DNA of 64,000 nt from an uncultured Solirubrobacterales bacterium (lineage in GTDB: Bacteria > Actinomycetota > Thermoleophilia > Solirubrobacterales > 70-9): NCBI GenBank assembly GCA_963740685.1, contig CAVUGA010000017.1:4627-68626 (forward strand), read 5' to 3'. The first letter of the stretch is position 1. Every line of letters starts with the position of its first letter. Shown here piece by piece: positions 56,146 to 64,000 of this stretch. The translations under genes and the position numbers were made by a program. Under the pieces are notes generated by a model that made no database searches, was not told the DNA's origin, and saw only the letters and a program-made list of their open reading frames with translations.

Positions 56146-56763
56146 TCAGAGAGCGTGTGCAAGCGTCAGAGCGACGATGCGCCCGGTACCCGCCTCGCGC
56201 AGCGCATGGGCGCAAGCCGAGAGCGTGGCGCCGGTCGTCCAGACGTCGTCCACCAGCAGCGCCTCCCGCGGGCACGCCATGGCCGCCCAGACGCTGGGTG
56301 GATCGGCGAGGCGATCCGACCGCCTCCGTCCGACCTGGCGGCGGCCCCTCCTCCGCCTCAGACAGGCGCAGAGCGGCAGATGGGAGCGCCGCGCGACCGC
56401 GATCGCGATCTCCTCGGCCGGATCGAAGCCTCGCCACCTCCACCTCCACGGGCCCGCCGGCACCGGCACCACCGCATCGACGACCTCGCGTGGCGGCAGC
56501 GCTCGCAGCATGGCGGCCGCTGCCACGTCCGCCAGTGCCAGCCTGCGCGCGTACTTGAGGCTGTGCACGACCGAGCGCGCGACCCCCTCGAAGGGCGAGG
56601 CGGCCACCGCGAGATCGACACCGGGCGGCCCCTGCTCGATGCCCCTGGGCGCCGCCGCGAGGTCAGCCGCGCAGTCCCGGCAGAGAATCGTCCCCGGCGC
56701 GTTGGTGCGAGCGCAGGCCGCGCACAGCGGTGGAGCCACCAGGGAGACGATCCGCTCTATCAA
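56146..56763 (-). CDS. comF: ComF family phosphoribosyltransferase-like protein
   Basis: N-terminal CxxC..CxxC zinc motif (CAACAR..CRDCA). C-terminal PRTase loop LLVDDVWTTGATL. Confidence 0.8.
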   Translation of the reverse strand: MIERIVSLVAPPLCAACARTNAPGTILCRDCAADLAAAPRGIEQGPPGVDLAVAASPFEGVARSVVHSLKYARRLALADVAAAAMLRALPPREVVDAVVPVPAGPWRWRWRGFDPAEEIAIAVARRSHLPLCACLRRRRGRRQVGRRRSDRLADPPSVWAAMACPREALLVDDVWTTGATLSACAHALREAGTGRIVALTLAHAL

Positions 56764-56876
56764 TGGCGCGGGGATCGGACAACCGTCCGGGCTGGTTGGT
56801 GACTAGAGGCGCGCCGGCTGCCAAGGAAGTACCGTCAGACGACAACACAGGGGAAGAGCGAACGAGGGGAGAAGAA

Positions 56877-57323
56877 ATGGGACGTTTCGACATCACCCCC
56901 GAGACGGCCGAGGAGTGGCGCGGGAAGTACCGGTCCTCGGTCGAGCCTCACGTGGATCGTGAGGTCCTCGCCGTCGGAGCCTTCCGCCCGACCGGTGCCG
57001 GGACCAAGATGGCGATCAGCAAGCTCCAGGTCGGGGCGCTGGCCTACGGGGCCGCTCACAAGCTGGGCAAGAGCAAGGCCGGCGGACTACCCGGACAGTT
57101 CCTGCTCGCCGTAACTCCCGACAAGCTCTTTGCCTTCAAGTACAAGCCGGGACGAAGCGGGGTCAAGATCAAGGAGGAGTCCGCGTCCTGGGACCGCACC
57201 GGCATCAAGGTCGGGACCGATGAGCGTCAGACGACGACGCGGCTGACGCTCGAGTTTGCGGATGGCGAGAAGATCGTCTGCGACCAGGAGGGACTCGGGG
57301 ACAACCCCTGGCCGACGACGTGA
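56877..57323 (+). CDS. hypothetical protein
   Basis: ATG 56877 preceded by AGGGGAGAAGAA. Coding-like composition. No family recognised. Confidence 0.5.
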   Translation: MGRFDITPETAEEWRGKYRSSVEPHVDREVLAVGAFRPTGAGTKMAISKLQVGALAYGAAHKLGKSKAGGLPGQFLLAVTPDKLFAFKYKPGRSGVKIKEESASWDRTGIKVGTDERQTTTRLTLEFADGEKIVCDQEGLGDNPWPTT

Positions 57324-57344
57324 TCCGCGAGCTGCAGTCCTGAC

Positions 57345-58388
57345 TCAGCCGAGAGGCCGGTCAGCCTCGACGCCGTAGAGGCCGCCCACGACCAGCGCCC
57401 CAGCCGGGACCTCCGCGCCGGGCAACACGACGCAATCGCGCAGCATCGCCCCGGGGCCGAGGTGACATCCGTCGCCGACCACCACGGGGCCATGTAGGTT
57501 GGTCCCAGCGCCGACCTGGCAGCCCGGCCCGATCAGAACTGGGGGCTTGACCTTGACCCCGTCGAGATCGGAGCCCTCTCCGGCGTAGACGCCCGCGGCG
57601 ACCTCAGCCGCCGGCGGATCGACGCCGACCGCGCCCGAGAGCGCGTCGAGGTTGCCCTGCACGAACTCGCCGACCGAGCCGACGTCGTTCCAATAGGCGT
57701 CGATCTCGTGCGAGTAGAACGGGATGTCGCCGTCGAGCAGGGCCGGGAAGACGTCCATCGCCCAGTCGACGAAGCCGGATGGCTGGTCGTCGTCCCCCGC
57801 CGGGCTCTTCTGGTCAGGCGGGGGGAAGTGGTCGAAGATCTCCGAGCGGAACATGTAGATGCCGCAGTTGGCCAGGTCCGAGAGCGCCTCCGCCGGCTCG
57901 GGCTTCTCCTGGAACCCCTGGATGCGCCCCTCGTCGTCCGTGATCGCGACACCGAACTGCGTGGTGTCCTCCACCCGCTTGGTGGCGAGGGTCGCGATCG
58001 CTCCCCGCTCGACGTTGGCCTCGTGGGTTTCTCGCATCGCGCTCAGGTCGATGCCGGTGAGGGCGTCACCGGAGATGATCAGGAAGGAATCCGTCTCCCC
58101 AAGGAAGTCCCGGACCTTTCCCACGCCGCCGGCGGTCCCGAGCGGTTCCGGCTCCTCGCTGTATTCGATCCGCAGGCCGAAGCCGGAGCCGTCTCCGAGA
58201 ACCTCGCGGATCTGCTCGGGCAGGTAGGAGAGGTTGGCGACGACGTCCTCGAAGCCGTGCCGCGCGAGCAAATCGGCGATCCAGGCGACGATCGGCCTGT
58301 TCAGCACGGGGGCGACCGGCTTCGGCATCACGGAGGTGAGCGGCCGCAGCCGCGTGCCCAGCCCCGCCGCCAGGATCATCGCCCTCAT
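57345..58388 (-). CDS. NDP-sugar pyrophosphorylase (mannose-1-P guanylyl/glucose-1-P nucleotidyltransferase type) with left-handed beta-helix C-domain
   Basis: MILAAGLGTRLRPLT..PKP N-terminus. Hexapeptide-repeat C-terminus. Confidence 0.85.
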   Translation of the reverse strand: MRAMILAAGLGTRLRPLTSVMPKPVAPVLNRPIVAWIADLLARHGFEDVVANLSYLPEQIREVLGDGSGFGLRIEYSEEPEPLGTAGGVGKVRDFLGETDSFLIISGDALTGIDLSAMRETHEANVERGAIATLATKRVEDTTQFGVAITDDEGRIQGFQEKPEPAEALSDLANCGIYMFRSEIFDHFPPPDQKSPAGDDDQPSGFVDWAMDVFPALLDGDIPFYSHEIDAYWNDVGSVGEFVQGNLDALSGAVGVDPPAAEVAAGVYAGEGSDLDGVKVKPPVLIGPGCQVGAGTNLHGPVVVGDGCHLGPGAMLRDCVVLPGAEVPAGALVVGGLYGVEADRPLG

Positions 58389-58425
58389 GAGGGCGACAGG
58401 TTCTCAGACTGCGCTCACCGTCGCC

Positions 58426-59823
58426 TCACCGGTGCTTCTTCTTGTGGCGCTTGTGCTTCTTGCACTTCTTGTGCTTCTTGTGCTTCTTGTGCTTCTTCGA
58501 GGAGAAGGCGCGATGCTTCTTGTGCTTGTGCCTCTTGCACTTCTTGTGCTTCTTGGCGACCCGCGCGGAGGGGCAGCAGGAGGGCGGGCTCGCCGGACTG
58601 CCCGCAGGGCCCGTACAGGCCGCGGCGGCTGAGGCTGGGCTCGAACCGACGATCCTGTCCACAGCGGCGCCGTTCGTGACGTAGAGGTTGCAGCTCCCGT
58701 CCTCGCCGAACGACTGGGGGCCGCTGAGGGCACCGGGCGCGCTCTCGGCACGATCGCCAGTGGCGAACGGAATGCCGAGCTGAATCGAACGGAGCTCGCC
58801 TTGACAGAAGTCCACGTAGAGGTAGCGCCCCGCCAGCTCGGGGATCTGGTTCCCCCGATAGATGTAGCCGCCCATTATCGCGCAGCCGAAGGCCCCATCG
58901 CCTCCCGGATCACTGTGCGGATAGGCGAAGACGGGCAGCGTCGTACCGCCGGTGGAACACAGATCGGAGGTCCCCTGGTCGAAGAAGCCCTCGCAGCTCG
59001 GCCAGCCGAAGTTGGCTCCCCGGCCCAGCCCGCTGGACGCCGAAGCGAGGTCGATCTCCTCCCAGGTCCCCTCGCCGACGTCCCCGACGATCAGGTCGCC
59101 GGTTGCATGGTCGAAGGAGAACCGCCATGGGTTGCGGAAGCCCAGGGCCCAGATCTCGTGGCGGGCTGAGCCGGATGTCGCGAACGGGTTGCTCGGCGGG
59201 ATCGAGTACGCGCCGGGGGCGCTCCCATGCGGGTCGATGCGCAGCATCTTGCCGTTGAGGAGGGTGGGATCGGGAGCCGTCACGCCGCCAGTGCCGCCGT
59301 CACCGGTGGAGATGTAGAGAAGGCCGTCCTTGCCGAACTGAAGCTGTCCGCCGTTGTGGTTGGCCGCGCCCGCGTCGGGCCGCGAGATCGTCAGGACCGG
59401 CCGGCGGCTTCCAACGCTCGCCACGTCGGGATTCGAGCTGACATGGAACCCATCGACATGCCCCAGCCCATCGGCTCCGTCCGCCGCCGCGGTCCCGGTG
59501 TAGAAGACGTAGAAGAGGCCGTTGCTCGCGTAGTTGGGGTCGAAGGCCATCGAGAGCAGGCCGCGCTCGCCCTCCTCGGTGGTCCGGTCGTGGATGTCGA
59601 GGAACTGGCTGGTGACGCCGTCGTGGACAACCTGGACGTAGCCGGCGCGCTCGACGACGAACAGCCGCGGGTCGCCCGGCGGCGCCGTCACGTAGATCGG
59701 GTTGTTGAAGTTCCCGATCGGCTGCAGGCTCACCGCATCGGCGCGGGCGGCGGCCGCCGCCAGCAGCACGAGCAGGCACCCCACCAGCAGGGCGATTCGC
59801 ATCCGCATGCTCATCCACCCCAT
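58426..59823 (-). CDS. secreted PQQ-dependent sugar (glucose/sorbosone) dehydrogenase-like beta-propeller with extreme Lys/His tail
   Basis: Signal peptide. RLFVVERAGYV, ERGLLSMAFDP, NHNGGQLQFGKDGLLYISTGDGG. The last roughly 50 aa are KKHKK-type. Confidence 0.85.
   Translation of the reverse strand: MGWMSMRMRIALLVGCLLVLLAAAAARADAVSLQPIGNFNNPIYVTAPPGDPRLFVVERAGYVQVVHDGVTSQFLDIHDRTTEEGERGLLSMAFDPNYASNGLFYVFYTGTAAADGADGLGHVDGFHVSSNPDVASVGSRRPVLTISRPDAGAANHNGGQLQFGKDGLLYISTGDGGTGGVTAPDPTLLNGKMLRIDPHGSAPGAYSIPPSNPFATSGSARHEIWALGFRNPWRFSFDHATGDLIVGDVGEGTWEEIDLASASSGLGRGANFGWPSCEGFFDQGTSDLCSTGGTTLPVFAYPHSDPGGDGAFGCAIMGGYIYRGNQIPELAGRYLYVDFCQGELRSIQLGIPFATGDRAESAPGALSGPQSFGEDGSCNLYVTNGAAVDRIVGSSPASAAAACTGPAGSPASPPSCCPSARVAKKHKKCKRHKHKKHRAFSSKKHKKHKKHKKCKKHKRHKKKHR
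58429..58590 (-). repeat. low-complexity AAG/CAC/AAA codon repeats (cttcttgtg units on the plus strand)
   Basis: Read directly. Encodes KKHKKCKRHKHKKHRAFSSKKHKKHKKHKKCKKHKRHKKKHR. Confidence 0.8.
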
Positions 59824-59863
59824 GATCCCGCCTCCAGCGGCGCCTATGGGCCGCTGGACAAGC

Positions 59864-61345
<1,482 letters not shown>

Positions 61346-61404
61346 GCGGTTGTTGGTCTCCTGGGTCGAAGTTTTGACGAGGGCCGAGGTTACGTTATGC
61401 GCCC

Positions 61405-61815
61405 ATGGAGGACGGAATACGAGTCGCGGAGGGTACGGTCATACCGCTCGACGAGATCGAGCTGCGCGCCAGCCGCTCCTCGGGACCGGGCGGCCAGCAC
61501 GCCAACGTGACCGCCTCGCGGATCGAGGCGGTGTTCGACGTGGAGGCCTCCCAAGCGCTGAGCGGGCAACAGCGGGCCCTGCTGCGTCGAAAGCTCGGCG
61601 ACCGCGTCACGGCCGTCGCACAGGACGCCCGCAGCCAGGCGCGAAACCGCGAGCTGGCCCTGGAGCGCCTTCGGGAGAAGCTCGTCGAAGGACTGCGGCG
61701 GCCGAAGCCGCGGCGACCTACGAAACCCTCACGCGCGGCCCGCGAGCGCCGGTTGCAGCAGAAGCGGCAACGATCGGAGCGGAAGGCGCAACGCAGGCCG
61801 CCGCGCGAGGACTAG
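61405..61815 (+). CDS. arfB: alternative ribosome-rescue factor ArfB (peptidyl-tRNA hydrolase, RF-1 domain)
   Basis: [20 protein letters not shown] motif, about 136 aa, Arg/Lys-rich C-terminal tail. Confidence 0.88.
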   Translation: MEDGIRVAEGTVIPLDEIELRASRSSGPGGQHANVTASRIEAVFDVEASQALSGQQRALLRRKLGDRVTAVAQDARSQARNRELALERLREKLVEGLRRPKPRRPTKPSRAARERRLQQKRQRSERKAQRRPPRED

Positions 61816-62807
61816 GGCCGTCCCATCTCCTTCTTGAAGCCCTCGAGCACCTCGACCGCCTGCGGGTCGACGCCGCGCGCGTTGGCGAGCTCGATCGCGA
61901 GCAGGTCGCCGAGCATGACCGTATGCAGGACGCGCTCCGTGCGGGTCTCGCCCTCGGTCTCGAGGTTGATGACCCCCGCGGCGTATGGCTCGATCGCCTT
62001 CGCGGTGAGCTCGAAGCGCCTGCGCTCGCGCGGGTGCTGATCGCGGTCCTCCAGGAAGATCGCGGAGAAGCCCCCTTCCGACCCGGACCAGCCCTCGATC
62101 TCGTTGTGGTCGGCCTCCGGCAGAGCTGCGGAATAGGCCGGCATCTTGGCGTTCTCGTTGATCTGGCATTTCCAGCGGTAGGCGACCGACGCGGTGAGAT
62201 CGCTGCCGTGGATGACGGGGATCGCATCGCCGATCTGGCCGGCCAGATCCCTGGCACGCGACTCCGCCGCCTCGAATGCATCGCCCAGGTGCGAGGCCGC
62301 GGCGTCGATCTCCGTGTGCAGCCGGGGCCCGGCCAGCGAGAGCGCCGCCAGCTCGGCGGCGACGCAGAACATGTATCCGACCGCGGCCCGCGGCTGGAGG
62401 CCTGCGGGAAGGCCGATCACGGGGACGTCGTCGGCTCGGGCTGCCTCGGCGAGCTCTCCGCCCGTCGTGGCAACCAGCCGCCGGGCGCCGAGCGCCTCGG
62501 CCGCGGCGTAACAGGCCAGGGTCTCCTCGGTGTCGCCCGAGTAGCTCGAGCAGAGCACTGCCGAGCCCGCCGGAGCCCACGCCGGCAGCTCGTAGCCGCG
62601 CGCCACAAGCATCGGCTTGGTGAGCCTGTCCGAGAGCGCCGCGACCGCGAGATCACCTCCGATGGCGGAGCCGCCCATGCCGCAGACGAACGCCATCGGC
62701 GCCTCCATCGTGGCTGCGCGGGCGGTCTCGATCCGCCAGAGCGCGTCGCGCAGGTGGTCCGGCATCGCTTTGACCGCATCCAGCATGTCGCCGCCGATCA
62801 CCGCCAT
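61812..62807 (-). CDS. bifunctional phosphoglucose/phosphomannose isomerase (SIS domain)
   Basis: VCGMGGSAIGGD, SYSGDTEET, RWKCQINENAK, EADHNE. ATG 62807 overlaps the upstream stop. Confidence 0.8.
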   Translation of the reverse strand: MAVIGGDMLDAVKAMPDHLRDALWRIETARAATMEAPMAFVCGMGGSAIGGDLAVAALSDRLTKPMLVARGYELPAWAPAGSAVLCSSYSGDTEETLACYAAAEALGARRLVATTGGELAEAARADDVPVIGLPAGLQPRAAVGYMFCVAAELAALSLAGPRLHTEIDAAASHLGDAFEAAESRARDLAGQIGDAIPVIHGSDLTASVAYRWKCQINENAKMPAYSAALPEADHNEIEGWSGSEGGFSAIFLEDRDQHPRERRRFELTAKAIEPYAAGVINLETEGETRTERVLHTVMLGDLLAIELANARGVDPQAVEVLEGFKKEMGRP

Positions 62808-63769
62808 CAGACCCGGTCCCCCTCTCCCACCACCGCTCCGTTCAACTCTCCCTCCACGGTGACGCCGGCGCTGAGGATGCTGTTGGCGACCCTGGCACCC
62901 TCCTCGACCACGCAGCCTCCCAGCAACACGGACCGCTCGATCACCGCGTCCGCGCCGATCGTGCAGTTCGGCCCGATCACGCACGGGGCGCGCAGCTCCG
63001 CATCCGGTGAGACCTCGCTGCCCTCACCCACGATCGCTGCGCCGTCGAGTCCGGCGCCGACCACGGTCTCGACCCGGCGCTCGAGAATGTCCCAATTTGC
63101 TTCCAGGTAGCGGTCCGGCGTCCCGATGTCGATCCAATATCCCTCCAGGCGAATCCCGTAGAGGCCCTCGCCGACCATCCGCGGGAAGACCTCGCGCTCG
63201 ATCGAGACCGCCATGTCGGGCGGGATCAGGTCGAGCACCGAGCGCTCCAGCAGGTAGGCCCCGGCGTTGATCTCGTCCGTGTCGATCTGGTCCGGCTCCG
63301 GCTTCTCGAGGAACTCGATCACCTCGCCGTCGTCGCGACGGTGGACCAGGCCGTAGCCCGTCGGGTCGGGCACCGGGTAGAGGGCGATGGTCGCCCCCGC
63401 CCCGGTTCTCCTGTGCTGCTCGATCAGCGCCGTCAGGTCCAGGTCGCAGAGGATGTCGCCGTTCAGGACCAGGAACCGTTCGGCGAGCATTTCCTCGGCG
63501 AACCGGATCGCACCGGCCGTGCCGCGGGCGTCCGGCTCCTCGGCGTATCGGATCTCGACTCCGGGCTCCAGCGCGGCCAGCGCATTTCTGATTCCTTCGG
63601 CGAGGAAGCCGCAGGAGATGATCACGTCGTCTACGCCGTGGCGAGCCAGCCAGTCGATCACGTAGGCGACGTGAGGCCGGCCGGCCAGGGGCAGCACAGG
63701 CTTGGGGACCGTGTAGGTGAGGGGCCGCAGGCGGGTTCCCTCGCCGCCGGCCAGGATCAGCGCCTGCAC
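62807..63769 (-). CDS. NDP-sugar pyrophosphorylase (mannose-1-phosphate guanylyltransferase-like)
   Basis: MQALILAGGEGTRLRPLTYTVPKP. C-terminal hexapeptide repeats. Confidence 0.85.
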   Translation of the reverse strand: MQALILAGGEGTRLRPLTYTVPKPVLPLAGRPHVAYVIDWLARHGVDDVIISCGFLAEGIRNALAALEPGVEIRYAEEPDARGTAGAIRFAEEMLAERFLVLNGDILCDLDLTALIEQHRRTGAGATIALYPVPDPTGYGLVHRRDDGEVIEFLEKPEPDQIDTDEINAGAYLLERSVLDLIPPDMAVSIEREVFPRMVGEGLYGIRLEGYWIDIGTPDRYLEANWDILERRVETVVGAGLDGAAIVGEGSEVSPDAELRAPCVIGPNCTIGADAVIERSVLLGGCVVEEGARVANSILSAGVTVEGELNGAVVGEGDRV

Positions 63770-63770
63770 G

Positions 63771-64000
63771 TCAACGCTCCGCCACCGCCGAGCGATCCGC
63801 GGCGCTCGGCCGCCCGATGCCCTCGTAGGTGATTCCGGCCGCGGTGAGGGCCGCCTCGTCGAGGTAGTTGCGGCCGTCGATCAGGAGCGGGGTCTTCATT
63901 CTCCTAGCGACCTCGGCCCAGTCGAGTCCGGCGAACTCCGGCCATTCGGTGACCAGGACGGCAGCCTCGGCTCCATCGAGCGCGTCGAGCGCGCTGTGGG
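63771..64000 (-). CDS. UDP-glucose/GDP-mannose dehydrogenase family protein, C-terminal end (5' part outside window)
   Basis: ..ALDGAEAAVLVTEWPEFAGLDWAEVARRMKTPLLIDGRNYLDEAALTAAGITYEGIGR, then stop at 63771..63773. Confidence 0.75.
   Translation of the reverse strand, partial: HSALDALDGAEAAVLVTEWPEFAGLDWAEVARRMKTPLLIDGRNYLDEAALTAAGITYEGIGRPSAADRSAVAER

Noticed and set aside
61346-61404. Possible SAH riboswitch upstream of ahcY.
   Set aside because: Only 59 nt separate ahcY from divergent arfB. That is too short for the SAH element plus promoters, and I saw none of its conserved pseudoknot sequence.

Overview
Very GC-rich chromosomal segment of actinobacterial type. A Thermoleophilia/Rubrobacteria-like origin is my inference from gene content and synteny; G+C was not computed. 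I can support about 70 protein genes plus one tmRNA. I recognised no rRNA, tRNA, CRISPR array, transposase, integrase or phage genes.

The backbone is housekeeping:
- ftsE-ftsX-ctp-rnr-smpB, with ssrA 6.3 kb further on
- comF-(lipase)-hpf-secA
- prfB with its programmed +1 frameshift
- arfB, ahcY, nadA, nadC, fpg
- a split transketolase and sugar-nucleotide genes

Between these lie accessory genes: three CALB-like lipases, S53/S1/M28/M50 peptidases, a two-component system with an ABC transporter and a LolA-like protein, two ECF sigma factors, and small-molecule enzymes.

Most unusual observations:
1. A compact mau-like operon at 35909..38830. It has a MauE-MauD fusion, a Tat-exported Cys-rich MauA-like protein, and a MauF/DsbD_2-propeller fusion. 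It lacks MauB, MauG and amicyanin.
2. Recurrent Lys/His/Arg-rich C-terminal tails on at least five exported proteins.
3. An 888-aa membrane-anchored, highly charged repeat protein ending in a ComEA-type helix-hairpin-helix.
4. A structured, low-GC3 leader upstream of a STAS anti-sigma antagonist gene.
5. An RNase R gene whose conserved N-terminus has no ATG/GTG/TTG start and appears to start at a CTG overlapping the upstream stop.
6. A high density of reading-frame anomalies (one nonsense codon, about six apparent 1-nt frameshifts, one internal deletion). These could be assembly indels or real gene decay.

Many long ORFs in the six-frame track are GC-driven shadow ORFs and were not called.
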